Below are positions 45,775 to 55,333 of a stretch of 64,000 bases of DNA, in pieces. The notes beneath the pieces are model-generated. The model did not search any database and was not told where the DNA came from. It saw only the letters and a list, made by a program, of their open reading frames with translations. A program made the translations under genes and the position numbers. The stretch is taken from the sequence record MW057919.1; one strand, given 5' to 3'. How positions within the stretch are numbered: position 1 is the stretch's first letter; each line of letters begins with the position of its first letter.

Positions 45775-46204
45775 GATAATATTAGTTATTTTATCATTGT
45801 TTGTTCTTTCAGTCATAACCGGCTATTGTATAACCCGGTTAGAGAAAACCGAAGATATAGCCTATTATGTTAAATCAATTACGTATTACTTAGGTGAACC
45901 CGGTGATACATTTTTTAATAGTGAACCCAAAGTAATACAGCTGGATAACCCTGTAAAACTAGTTTTCACTAATGAACCAGTTCAAATAAAAACACTTTAT
46001 TTAGACCTAAATAAGAAAGAATTATACCTTAATCATCCCGAACATGCTTGTATTGTGATGCGTGTTATTTTCTTTTTAAATTATCATAACCAGAAAAAAC
46101 TCATAGGTTATTCAGATGAATACTATCATGACAATGAGTATGTTGATAGTGAGTTTGATATGACCATAAAGAAAATTAGCGTAGAATGCTATAAAGGTTT
46201 ATAA
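45758..46204 (+). CDS. membrane-anchored hypothetical protein
   Basis: N-terminal TM. Confidence 0.75.
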   Translation: MVNVTEIILVILSLFVLSVITGYCITRLEKTEDIAYYVKSITYYLGEPGDTFFNSEPKVIQLDNPVKLVFTNEPVQIKTLYLDLNKKELYLNHPEHACIVMRVIFFLNYHNQKKLIGYSDEYYHDNEYVDSEFDMTIKKISVECYKGL

Positions 46205-46240
46205 TGGTCAATTTTATAGACCATCAATCAGGAGTTAATA

Positions 46241-46672
46241 ATGAGTGTTCTACAACCGCTAGGAAGTTTCCCAGTATATAAGAAAACTATTGGTGAAACT
46301 CGATTTCTATTAGACCATGATGTTGCTATCAGTATGGTTACAACTGAGCAAGGTAGTTTTATGACAGCCCCACTGAAAACAGATGGGGTAGAGTTTAATC
46401 TATCTGAAGTCTTTGGTGATTACAAAAAATTTGATAATGTGATTGTAGATAAACTCTACTATCGTGATTTATCTGGTAAAATGCAGTCAAAGGTAGTGCC
46501 AACTATCCCTCAGCTTTATAAAGACATGGCTGTATTCAAAAGTGGTTATACCACTAAAATAAATAATCTCCGTTGGGGTTATTGTTTAACTATTAAAAAT
46601 GATGGTACTGCAAAAATTTGGACAGATGACAATAGTCCTATTTGTGGTGTGTCAATTCGTTTCACAATGTAA
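46241..46672 (+). CDS. hypothetical protein (143 aa)
   Basis: AGGAG SD. Confidence 0.85.
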   Translation: MSVLQPLGSFPVYKKTIGETRFLLDHDVAISMVTTEQGSFMTAPLKTDGVEFNLSEVFGDYKKFDNVIVDKLYYRDLSGKMQSKVVPTIPQLYKDMAVFKSGYTTKINNLRWGYCLTIKNDGTAKIWTDDNSPICGVSIRFTM

Positions 46673-46682
46673 CGTCATAATG

Positions 46683-46700
46683 GCCTCCCTTCGGGGAGGC
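46683..46700 (+). terminator. intrinsic terminator
   Basis: GCCTCCC-TTCG-GGGAGGC + TTTT. Confidence 0.85.
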
Positions 46701-46734
46701 TTTTATATCCTTTTATATAAACAGGTATATTCAA

Positions 46735-47037
46735 ATGAAAATGAATGATAAGGTAATCAAATCGACTCAGTATATGTTGGATAATACTGATAAATTCATA
46801 AGTGCTGTTTTCTCTGGTGAGGATCGATACATTGATGCATGCGCTGGTCTGGTTGCTGCACATGGGGATAAAACTGAACAGTATCGTTATATCTGGGAAG
46901 AAGCTGGATTGGACTTTAACAAAGCCCAAGTAATATATTTTCTAACGTACACCAAATTACTAGGTGATACTCCTAAACATATGTCATGCCAATGGGTTAT
47001 CGATAACTATAATAAATATAATAAACTATTACCTTAA
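46735..47037 (+). CDS. hypothetical protein (100 aa)
   Basis: AGGT upstream. Confidence 0.8.
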   Translation: MKMNDKVIKSTQYMLDNTDKFISAVFSGEDRYIDACAGLVAAHGDKTEQYRYIWEEAGLDFNKAQVIYFLTYTKLLGDTPKHMSCQWVIDNYNKYNKLLP

Positions 47038-47122
47038 TACGGGGTAATAGTTTATTATAATAAAATTTAAAGTTATATAACAACCATGCCAAATAAAATA
47101 AATATTATCTGAGGTATCACAA

Positions 47123-47275
47123 ATGGAAGGAATGAAATATGTAGCATTGTTTTTAGTTATAGCGGTTTTAGGTAGTACGCTAATTGGTATTAATAAAATT
47201 ATCAATATAGGTGATATCGATGGATACCGATCAGAAAAAGAAAGAATCACCGAAATTCAATCCTATCATAAATAG
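47123..47275 (+). CDS. small membrane protein (50 aa)
   Basis: GAGGT SD; MEGMKYVALFLVIAVLGSTLIGINKI... Confidence 0.65.
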   Translation: MEGMKYVALFLVIAVLGSTLIGINKIINIGDIDGYRSEKERITEIQSYHK

Positions 47276-47331
47276 CATCTTTAACAAGTCATGGCTGACT
47301 GAAGAGAAGAGTTGTAAAGAGGTAAAAAGAA

Positions 47332-47634
47332 ATGAGTTCAACAGTGAGCTGTCTAGCAAACGCGCTAGCTAATGGTATTAGTCTTATCGCTAAGAATAAA
47401 GTTCAAGTTGGTATGATTCTACAAGCAACACAGGATATTTGGATCATGCGTACTTGTAAAAAGAATGGTTATCTAGAATGGAAGTTTGCCGATGAAGGAG
47501 ATGACCTAACCGTATTAGGCGTTGATGAGGGTAATCCCGAAGGCGGCTTTAGAGTTTTAAATGCCGACAATTATAATCAAATTGAAACTGTACAATGTAC
47601 AGATATGGATGATATTCTTCACGCATATAACTGA
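47332..47634 (+). CDS. SH3/KOW-like hypothetical protein
   Basis: VQVGMILQATQDI...FADEGDDLTVLGV; GAGGT SD. Confidence 0.75.
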   Translation: MSSTVSCLANALANGISLIAKNKVQVGMILQATQDIWIMRTCKKNGYLEWKFADEGDDLTVLGVDEGNPEGGFRVLNADNYNQIETVQCTDMDDILHAYN

Positions 47635-47642
47635 GGTGGTAT

Positions 47643-47855
47643 ATGTCAAATTCATTTAAAGCCGGTGACAAAGTTGTAGTCAATACAGATATTATTAATA
47701 GCACCGGTGAATGCGGTTATGATCTTACACTATGTAAAGCTGGTACTGTAGTTATAATCGAATCTGTTAATGGAGACCATCTGTTAGTTTATCCATCTAA
47801 TAGTGGTCCTAGTAATGGATTTTATGTTCATCTACATCAGGTTAATGCACAATGA
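47643..47855 (+). CDS. SH3/KOW-like hypothetical protein
   Basis: FKAGDKVVVNTDI...LCKAGTVVIIESV; GAGGTGG SD. Confidence 0.75.
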   Translation: MSNSFKAGDKVVVNTDIINSTGECGYDLTLCKAGTVVIIESVNGDHLLVYPSNSGPSNGFYVHLHQVNAQ

Positions 47856-48229
47856 AACTTGAATGCATAAGAGATACTGCACAGATCTTCTACAGTAAAA
47901 GAGCTTTTATAAAAGGTGATTATATTGGTAGCGAATATCATATTTACCAATTACTAACCCATCTTCATCATCGTATCGTTAATACACTTATTGAAATATA
48001 TGATGATGATTCACTAGCTGATGTGCTAAATAAAAGTCCTGATGATATTATCATCATGTTCTCTAAACATGCGACTAATGCGTATCAGCATTACAAAGTT
48101 CTTCGCCAAAATATAAATGCTAAGATTGAAGAAGTAAATGCATCACGAAATAGGTATACCCTGTGGTCTAACTTAGTAGAGGATATTCTTAAGTTTAGAC
48201 TATATTGCAGTAAACTAAAGGTGGGTTGA
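47852..48229 (+). CDS. hypothetical protein (125 aa)
   Basis: ATGA overlap. Confidence 0.8.
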   Translation: MKLECIRDTAQIFYSKRAFIKGDYIGSEYHIYQLLTHLHHRIVNTLIEIYDDDSLADVLNKSPDDIIIMFSKHATNAYQHYKVLRQNINAKIEEVNASRNRYTLWSNLVEDILKFRLYCSKLKVG

Positions 48230-48230
48230 G

Positions 48231-48593
48231 ATGATTGAATTTAATGCGACTGAAGTGGAAATGCTTGTTAAAACAGTTACTGGTGATTTATTTAACATCA
48301 CCTATGGCGCACATCCTGCTGAAATTAATTGGATGCTTAAAGCAGATGTTGCAATGTTGGATGCATGGTTTGCTAAGGTTTATCAGTTTGGTATGTCAAA
48401 GCAAATCCCATATGCCAGTATCCCATTTACCAATCTAGTGGATGTGTCAATTGAGTGGCTATTCCAATACATGGCCAATCTGGCAGCTAACCTAGGTGAT
48501 TTTGAAGAGGTCCAAGAACCTATTTTCAATATCATCAATAAGATCCATTCAATGTGGTTAGTTTATGATAAGTATTCATGGACTGGTAGCTAA
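48231..48593 (+). CDS. hypothetical protein (120 aa)
   Basis: Starts 1 nt after previous stop. Confidence 0.8.
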   Translation: MIEFNATEVEMLVKTVTGDLFNITYGAHPAEINWMLKADVAMLDAWFAKVYQFGMSKQIPYASIPFTNLVDVSIEWLFQYMANLAANLGDFEEVQEPIFNIINKIHSMWLVYDKYSWTGS

Positions 48594-48636
48594 TACTTGA
48601 CCGTCCAATTAGATAGTTATAGGACGGGAATTAACC

Positions 48637-48972
48637 ATGTTTATAGTTGATGATAAGTGTTATAGTTGGTCAAGTACTTCGCACGGTCGTGGGAAAAGAA
48701 GCGAAATAGTTGGAGCAGGTGTTTATGTTATTGAACACATTGCAACTGGGAAGTATTTGGTAGGGCTTTCAAAGACTGTTAGTAATGAAGTTGATAAACA
48801 TATCGCTGCATTACGTAATAATAGTCATCAAAATAAGGCAATGTTAGGTTTAGTACATCGGGACATGGATTTACGTTTATTAGAATATCCCATTAGTAAG
48901 GTTAGTGATCAAAAAGCACTTATTGCTAAGATCCGAGCCACTACTGAACCTAAATATTTAATGCTTAATTAG
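48637..48972 (+). CDS. stand-alone GIY-YIG domain, catalytic residues substituted
   Basis: GVYVIEHIATGKYLVGLSKTVSNEVDKH aligns to I-TevI GIYQIKNTLNNKVYVGSAKDFEKRWKRH. Confidence 0.7.
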   Translation: MFIVDDKCYSWSSTSHGRGKRSEIVGAGVYVIEHIATGKYLVGLSKTVSNEVDKHIAALRNNSHQNKAMLGLVHRDMDLRLLEYPISKVSDQKALIAKIRATTEPKYLMLN

Positions 48973-48990
48973 GGAGGGTAATACCTCCCT
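48971..48990 (+). terminator. intrinsic terminator (inverted arm order)
   Basis: AGGGAGG-GTAATA-CCTCCCT + TTT. Confidence 0.8.
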
Positions 48991-49018
48991 TTTCTTATAT
49001 AAGAAAAGGAAATATACA

Positions 49019-49705
49019 ATGAGTAATCCATTAGTTATCAAATCGGCAAGTGATCTAGTAGAACCAAAAGAGATAGATTACAAAGCACCTATTTTTAAGG
49101 CCAGTCACGAATATGAATCTATTCGTGAGAATAGCAGACAGTTAATTGAAAAGCAAATGAAACTATCCAAAAAACCTTTTGCCGTGGTTGAACGAGAAGG
49201 TGATATTGGTTCCAATGTTGTTTATTACACGTGTGGATGTAATAAAGAAGATCCACTCTTTCCTGAACTGGTGATCACTGCCTGCATTACTAAGGAATCG
49301 GCAGTAAATACCTTTTACGCCATTTTTGAAAAATTAAAAGAAGTGAAACAGATCACGGGTGGCGTAGAGATTGCAGATTTACTGAGTGCATTTGAAGAAG
49401 ATCAACGGATGGGACGCCAACCTAAATTTGGTATTCGCCTAATTGATACTCGTCAATTTGTATATGGTTTTGGTGGTAAACTCCACGCATACTACAATAT
49501 GGATGACTATTATAACCAATTGCCCATCTGGCAAATTCTCATCAGTGATATTGAAGGATTCCTACCCACTGATAGTGGTTATCTACAAACAGTTTGTCCG
49601 CAGTTTCTTCTAGCCGATAAACCTTTCGGACAAGCTGGTAATATCTATCCTACTGACATTTTTAAAACTATGAAATGTCGTCCTTCTGCAACAGTTATTC
49701 ATTAA
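49019..49705 (+). CDS. hypothetical protein (228 aa)
   Basis: AAGGA SD. Confidence 0.85.
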   Translation: MSNPLVIKSASDLVEPKEIDYKAPIFKASHEYESIRENSRQLIEKQMKLSKKPFAVVEREGDIGSNVVYYTCGCNKEDPLFPELVITACITKESAVNTFYAIFEKLKEVKQITGGVEIADLLSAFEEDQRMGRQPKFGIRLIDTRQFVYGFGGKLHAYYNMDDYYNQLPIWQILISDIEGFLPTDSGYLQTVCPQFLLADKPFGQAGNIYPTDIFKTMKCRPSATVIH

Positions 49706-49717
49706 GAGGTTAATATA

Positions 49718-49957
49718 ATGCGTGAGTTTCGTACTGGTCAATATTGTATTACTAAAATTGATATTCCTCATCCAAAACCCAATGCATTAACTGGCCCAAC
49801 TTATTTAACAGCTGGACAGCAGTGCCAAATTATCGTTTATGATCCATCGAAAACACCTTCTACTGGTATTCGTAAAGAAGGTGAAAACTTTGCAATGGTT
49901 TATGTAGACGAATCTGCACTAATTGCTGATCCATCAAAACCGGTTCCAACTCTATGA
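49718..49957 (+). CDS. SH3/KOW-like hypothetical protein
   Basis: FRTGQYCITKIDI...LTAGQQCQIIVY; GAGGT SD. Confidence 0.75.
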   Translation: MREFRTGQYCITKIDIPHPKPNALTGPTYLTAGQQCQIIVYDPSKTPSTGIRKEGENFAMVYVDESALIADPSKPVPTL

Positions 49958-50313
49958 TATTTAAATTCTTTGATGTTAATGGAGAGTATGATCCACGTAA
50001 CTTGTGGTTGCCCGCTGAACGTCAGCTATATATCTCTATTATTAATCCAGAGGGCCATGAGGTGCTCTGGTATGCTAGAAAACCAGGCACTAATGTAGCT
50101 ATGTTGACACCTAAGCGAGATGATTATGAACTTGTAAATTGTTCAAATATTCTGAAGGCTAGGGATGTTCTATTGGTTAATCATGAGGCTGGTTCAGTAG
50201 AAAAAGCATTACGTTATTTTGACTTACCTGTTAAAGGTAAATATAAATTAGCAAGTCGTACATGGGAATGTAGTGAACTATTCACTCTTCAATTTATTGA
50301 ATATAATTTTTAA
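49954..50313 (+). CDS. hypothetical protein (119 aa)
   Basis: ATGA overlap. Confidence 0.8.
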   Translation: MIFKFFDVNGEYDPRNLWLPAERQLYISIINPEGHEVLWYARKPGTNVAMLTPKRDDYELVNCSNILKARDVLLVNHEAGSVEKALRYFDLPVKGKYKLASRTWECSELFTLQFIEYNF

Positions 50314-50327
50314 ATAGGTAATTATAA

Positions 50328-50849
50328 ATGGCTCTTATTTGTGGATATGGTGAAAATGCCGTGCTATTTGGTGGCGATGTTGATGTAGTCGACTATGCGA
50401 TGTCTCAAAGAAAATATACCTTAGATAATAAATTCATTATCCGTGGTATTGCTGTTATGAGTGCTGATAAAGAAGCGCGACATAGTTTCTGCCGAGCTAA
50501 TAGTGAGCTGTTTCTTAGCCATCGCACAAAAGACTATAATGTAATCACACAACAATTCCAAGAATCGGTTAATAATTATAAAGTGATGGTTTACATTGTA
50601 TTCGATGACGAACTAGCCGTCTTTGTACCGAATACACCAATCACTGTACTGAATTATAAAAATAACCCAGATGGAGTTACTGTGATTAATAAAGGTTTCC
50701 GCTATAAACAGAGGGAGAGGCTTAAAGTTCTCATTAAAACATATCACAATGATCTACTGCTATTGGCTAAGAATATTGCAGATAATTCATTGAAAGATGT
50801 TAATCAACTAACTGTCTTTAAAGACGGAACTACCCAACGGTTTATTTGA
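50328..50849 (+). CDS. hypothetical protein (173 aa)
   Basis: AGGT SD. Confidence 0.85.
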   Translation: MALICGYGENAVLFGGDVDVVDYAMSQRKYTLDNKFIIRGIAVMSADKEARHSFCRANSELFLSHRTKDYNVITQQFQESVNNYKVMVYIVFDDELAVFVPNTPITVLNYKNNPDGVTVINKGFRYKQRERLKVLIKTYHNDLLLLAKNIADNSLKDVNQLTVFKDGTTQRFI

Positions 50850-50860
50850 GGTATCTTTAC

Positions 50861-51160
50861 ATGACCACTAAACAGCAGCGCATTACCTATCACTATCATT
50901 GTAAAGGTCTTAAACAGACATATCACCCAGTCATTGGTAAAGATGGGGAATTGAAACTGTCTGTACTTACACCTGATAATATTTATAGTCAATATCCATT
51001 ATACGAGGATGTAGAAGATGAAGCTATCGATAAATTATGCGATCAGGTAGAACTACTACTGAGAAAAGAACTTGTGGGTGTAATTGCTATTAAATATAAT
51101 GTCGATTATCTAGCTACCCCTGGTGAGAAATTAAAAGAAGTATATAGACTCGTAATTTAA
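50861..51160 (+). CDS. hypothetical protein
   Basis: ATG 50861 with GAGGT SD preferred over 50846. Confidence 0.8.
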   Translation: MTTKQQRITYHYHCKGLKQTYHPVIGKDGELKLSVLTPDNIYSQYPLYEDVEDEAIDKLCDQVELLLRKELVGVIAIKYNVDYLATPGEKLKEVYRLVI

Positions 51161-51173
51161 TAATGGTATAATT

Positions 51174-51191
51174 GCCCTCCTTCGGGAGGGC
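51174..51191 (+). terminator. intrinsic terminator
   Basis: GCCCTCC-TTCG-GGAGGGC. Confidence 0.8.
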
Positions 51192-51218
51192 TTCTATTTC
51201 GTAAAAAGGAAAATACAA

Positions 51219-51659
51219 ATGAAAGCGTTCATCCCAAAATGGCGCCAAGACCCAAATAACGTTGACCATAAGTATGGTTATGAACTGAATGCGTACACCT
51301 CTGTTTCTGGTACTCGCGTCTTCATCGAACGTCGTGTTGAATACTACAATAAGAAAAAGAAACAATGGTGCGATGAAACAATTCAAGTAATTCATCTTGG
51401 TAAACTGAATTGTTATATTTGGAAACACTATCCAGTTATCAGTTTCAGAGATGTTGGTGTAATCTACGGTCGGTTAGAATTTGATGAACTAAAGAAAGTA
51501 AATAAACTTATTCAGAGTTCAAATTCCGTATCTATTGAACTGATGGAATCTATTTCAAAAGAATATCAGGTTTATATCACAGCTGTAATTAATAACATCA
51601 AATATGTGTTCAGCCCTGAACGCACTTATGTATCTGATGAGGGTTACGTAGATGACTAA
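51219..51659 (+). CDS. hypothetical protein (146 aa)
   Basis: AAGGA SD. Confidence 0.85.
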   Translation: MKAFIPKWRQDPNNVDHKYGYELNAYTSVSGTRVFIERRVEYYNKKKKQWCDETIQVIHLGKLNCYIWKHYPVISFRDVGVIYGRLEFDELKKVNKLIQSSNSVSIELMESISKEYQVYITAVINNIKYVFSPERTYVSDEGYVDD

Positions 51660-52164
51660 AACACTCCGTGTAGTACGTGTCCGTGATGGGATCGTTGATA
51701 GTCTTAATAACGATGGTCTATGGGTTAACAAACATACCTTTTGTATGGAGGAGGTATGGGAAGCCCACAAACAAACAACCCAATTCCAGTCTTACAACTG
51801 GGGGACTATGTACTTCGTTAGTGAAAATGATGTAGCATGTAATCCATATCCCCATCATCAATACCGTGAGGTATGGATCTGTCAACGAGGTGTGCAACAA
51901 AAACTGGAACTATGTGAGGATTTAGAATCCGGTATAGTTGGGGATGATCATGTTGTAGTTATTATGACTACTACGGATGGATTAGATTATAGTTTTGTGA
52001 GTGGTGTGTATGGCGACCGTATTAAGTACAGTCCTTACTATGGTGATGCCATTTCTATACCTTGTACCAATAATCAAGAAGCAGACGATGTCTATCATAG
52101 CCTAGCTAAAATGGCCAATGGCATAAGTCTATCTGTTCCTCTAGTAATGAAGCTGATTAAATGA
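51652..52164 (+). CDS. hypothetical protein (170 aa)
   Basis: GAGGG SD; 8-nt overlap. Confidence 0.85.
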   Translation: MTKTLRVVRVRDGIVDSLNNDGLWVNKHTFCMEEVWEAHKQTTQFQSYNWGTMYFVSENDVACNPYPHHQYREVWICQRGVQQKLELCEDLESGIVGDDHVVVIMTTTDGLDYSFVSGVYGDRIKYSPYYGDAISIPCTNNQEADDVYHSLAKMANGISLSVPLVMKLIK

Positions 52165-52171
52165 AGGAGTA

Positions 52172-52537
52172 ATGATTATGGATTATAAATGGCATGATAA
52201 GTTCATTATAGAAATTATTAGTAAAAGTTGTAAAAAAGATGGAATCTGTAAAAGTTACTTAGTACGTAAAGGTTGGAGAGATGTTAATCAGCGTGATTAC
52301 GCCATTTTATCACGTATTGGTTTCCATGACACTCTTTTGCTTGATGAACATGAAGTCGAATACTATTTGAACAATGTGGTATTTGATATCGTAAAGGCCG
52401 TATGGGAGTCTGAAGGTAAACCAAAAGATACTCATATGCATATTCGGGCATTGCGTGTAGATATGGATAGTCTATCTGATAGATTCAAGATATATGCTGA
52501 TGTAAAACTAGATATGGATAAGCACCGGAAATCGTAA
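52172..52537 (+). CDS. hypothetical protein (121 aa)
   Basis: AAGGAG SD. Confidence 0.85.
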   Translation: MIMDYKWHDKFIIEIISKSCKKDGICKSYLVRKGWRDVNQRDYAILSRIGFHDTLLLDEHEVEYYLNNVVFDIVKAVWESEGKPKDTHMHIRALRVDMDSLSDRFKIYADVKLDMDKHRKS

Positions 52538-52577
52538 AAGATATCCATCGTATACATTTATTAATAGGAACCTACAA

Positions 52578-52934
52578 ATGCAACTAGATAAAGACAAATT
52601 GAAAGAATTGGTAAATATCATTGAAGAGAATACACGCCTTAAAGGTAAAGTATTCCACCAGGAAACCTACTCCAGTATTCATGGTGAAATAGAGGTTCGC
52701 AGTTACGCTGGTAATTTCATTTTCTATAAAAATCATACTACTGAACAATATGCAATGTTCAATGTAGAGTTTGACACACATGGTAAGGTAGTTAGATTCA
52801 TAGCACCTGCACTATTACGTGCGACTATTATTTGGGAATTGAACGAAGAACCAGAATACTACAAAATCAACATCGAGCAAATGCTGATCGAAGCAGTAAC
52901 CAATCACTTCAATACTGCCACACTACTACCTTGA
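52578..52934 (+). CDS. hypothetical protein (118 aa)
   Basis: AGGA SD. Confidence 0.85.
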   Translation: MQLDKDKLKELVNIIEENTRLKGKVFHQETYSSIHGEIEVRSYAGNFIFYKNHTTEQYAMFNVEFDTHGKVVRFIAPALLRATIIWELNEEPEYYKINIEQMLIEAVTNHFNTATLLP

Positions 52935-52968
52935 AGTTAATTGATAACCATAACTCTTATAAAGCATA

Positions 52969-53496
52969 GTGGATTTTATTATGAATAAACCAGAATTACT
53001 TTACCATGGTTCTCTTTATAAACAAGATGAATTAATGCCAGGATTTAAAAGATCTGGTGAACTTGTTATGTGGGATGGTATTGAGTCTAACCAATACCTA
53101 TATGCAACGTCATCTGAAAAAGATGCATCTTATTTAGGTATTGGTAGCGCTATCGAAAAGTTATTTGATAGTGATAGATATGCTACTGTTGATAGGGATA
53201 TTACAATCTATTGTCAAAATAATATCGATAAAAGTGATATTTTAAAAATGGTTGTGTATGTTTATACCATTCCATTTAGGGACTCTGACAAATGGATTAA
53301 GAATAATAATCCTCACAATAGCATTGATACTGAGTGGATTACGAAAAACACTATCCATGATGTTACTGTAAGGAAATTAGATATTGGTGAATTTTTAAAA
53401 GGTGCTCGCTTAACTGTCACTAAAGCACCAGTGGATGTTGATCCATTAAACATCATGTCACAATATCGTTCAGTAACAGAGCGTTATCTGTTTTAA
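52969..53496 (+). CDS. putative ADP-ribosyltransferase-fold protein (Arr-like); start possibly 52981
   Basis: LYHGS..L.PG, YLYAT, VYVY, NP...TEW. Confidence 0.55.
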   Translation: MDFIMNKPELLYHGSLYKQDELMPGFKRSGELVMWDGIESNQYLYATSSEKDASYLGIGSAIEKLFDSDRYATVDRDITIYCQNNIDKSDILKMVVYVYTIPFRDSDKWIKNNNPHNSIDTEWITKNTIHDVTVRKLDIGEFLKGARLTVTKAPVDVDPLNIMSQYRSVTERYLF

Positions 53497-53511
53497 TTAA
53501 ATAGGTTAATT

Positions 53512-53976
53512 ATGTATCACATATCGACAGTATACCTTGGGGATTATGTTTTATTAAGGCCATATATTCCAAGTAATAGAGCTGATGGCGAAGACAGTGT
53601 AACCAACCGTATATGTGTGGCCCCATCAGTTATTGAATGTATTGCAGCTAAAAGCGGGAGTTATGATATCGATCTTAATTTACTTGGTTCTAAATCAACT
53701 ATTTACGCATACCGAAGTAATTCTACTGACTACATTATAGGAAATGTACCTGATCAAAAACAATATAGGGAACACTGGTATTTAAAACCAACTTTATTTG
53801 CGTATGTTGGCTCTCTGCAATTATTAGAGACTGGGGTGATTAAGGTAAGTAGTGAAGTCGATATGTATTCTAAATTAATGGTATCACATCGGTTAAACTA
53901 CTTCAATAATATTATTAGTAAAGAAGAACTAATACACCATTGGCATATAGAGGCTTTATCTATTTTAAATGGTTAG
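53512..53976 (+). CDS. putative ADP-ribosyltransferase-fold protein
   Basis: YHIS..L.P, RICVAPS, IYAY, VPD...REHW. Confidence 0.5.
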   Translation: MYHISTVYLGDYVLLRPYIPSNRADGEDSVTNRICVAPSVIECIAAKSGSYDIDLNLLGSKSTIYAYRSNSTDYIIGNVPDQKQYREHWYLKPTLFAYVGSLQLLETGVIKVSSEVDMYSKLMVSHRLNYFNNIISKEELIHHWHIEALSILNG

Positions 53977-53996
53977 ATCATAATTTATTTAAGATC

Positions 53997-54004
53997 TATA
54001 TTAC
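53997..54004 (+). promoter_or_regulatory. early promoter
   Basis: TTTAAGATC-TATATTAC. Confidence 0.85.
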
Positions 54005-54031
54005 AAGTGTACTATCAATAAACTAATAGGA

Positions 54032-54394
54032 GTGATACAAGTGGATTTTATAATTGAAATTATCGATAATCCCAATAGTGATACTGCGTTGTATGTTTAT
54101 GATTATTGGGGTACCCTAACTACGGTTGTGGGTAATGCAAAAACCCTGGCAGAAGCATATAGTTTTAAATATTCATCCATTGACAGCATTGAAAAATTAA
54201 AAGCTGTCATTGGTAAAAATATCGAATGCATTTTTAAAGAAATGCATGATCAATCGAATAAGGTAATTCGTGTTAATATCGTAAAAGTAGATCTAGAGAA
54301 TAAGATTATTAGTAAGCGCATCGAAATTGTAAAAAGCTATAGTGTTATCAATAGTGATGGTGAACTTATTCTAATCACAGATGTAGTACGGTAA
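54032..54394 (+). CDS. hypothetical early protein
   Basis: AGGAG region; exact start uncertain. Confidence 0.75.
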   Translation: MIQVDFIIEIIDNPNSDTALYVYDYWGTLTTVVGNAKTLAEAYSFKYSSIDSIEKLKAVIGKNIECIFKEMHDQSNKVIRVNIVKVDLENKIISKRIEIVKSYSVINSDGELILITDVVR

Positions 54395-54435
54395 TTGAAT
54401 AAATAATTCATTAATTTAACATAGGTGATATAACC

Positions 54436-55308
54436 ATGGCACGTCGTTCTAATAAAATTCGTATTGGTTTTAACGTATCGCTTAAAGCGCTTGAACGAAA
54501 TGGATCTGATGTAATTAAACTACATGATGACATCATATCTTGTTTTAGTGAACTATATCAAAATTACGTAAAAATTGATACAACTACTGACAAAGATGAC
54601 AAATCACTAAAACAAGGCATTATTGATGTCGTGGTGTATGTCGATCTAAATACAGCGAACCAAGCCATTCGTTTTAAAGGTATTAGTGATCTGGTAAACC
54701 ATCTACAGTTTAATGTAATGGCGAATGATGTTATCGTCGATACAAGTGAATATATTCAGCCTAGCCATATGTCATATATCGAAGATGGTCACCTGAATAT
54801 GTTAGTGCGTCGAGAAGGTAAAGAGGTTATCAAAACCATTTTCACTGATGAATATGGTGTTGATCCACTAGTTAATAATGGATCAATAGGAGATGGATGT
54901 AGTGTTTCCGGGATCTATCTAATTGGTGAAGAAAATCGGGTTAATAAACTGGCACGTATTGTTTCTAACAACATTCGCAACGGAGAGTTTAATTTCAAGA
55001 CCGAAATAGGTATCCGTAAATTCTATTGGAGTGTACTCGGAAAACCAAGTGCGCAATTTAAGTATATCCACAGTGTGGTATTTAAGTACATCCACAATGA
55101 AATATGGAACCGTAATAGTTTCTATGTGGATACACTGATTAAGCTAACCAATGGCAAAGTTTATAGCTATGCTAAGAATGGTTTTGTTGGTGGACCTACT
55201 GAACTAGAATTCCATTATTATGGTGTAACTGATCGAGAAAATTGGGATAATGCGTCAGACAATTTCCTATATCAGGAATTCGAGCAAAGTTGGTCTGTAA
55301 AAATCTAA
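54436..55308 (+). CDS. hypothetical protein (290 aa)
   Basis: AGGTG SD. Confidence 0.85.
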   Translation: MARRSNKIRIGFNVSLKALERNGSDVIKLHDDIISCFSELYQNYVKIDTTTDKDDKSLKQGIIDVVVYVDLNTANQAIRFKGISDLVNHLQFNVMANDVIVDTSEYIQPSHMSYIEDGHLNMLVRREGKEVIKTIFTDEYGVDPLVNNGSIGDGCSVSGIYLIGEENRVNKLARIVSNNIRNGEFNFKTEIGIRKFYWSVLGKPSAQFKYIHSVVFKYIHNEIWNRNSFYVDTLIKLTNGKVYSYAKNGFVGGPTELEFHYYGVTDRENWDNASDNFLYQEFEQSWSVKI

Positions 55309-55315
55309 TACATAA

Positions 55316-55333
55316 AGGGCTCTTCGGAGCCCT
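55316..55333. terminator. bidirectional terminator abutting truncated tRNA
   Basis: AGGGCTC-TTCG-GAGCCCT; CATAAA on the left gives the minus-strand T-rich tail. Confidence 0.8.
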
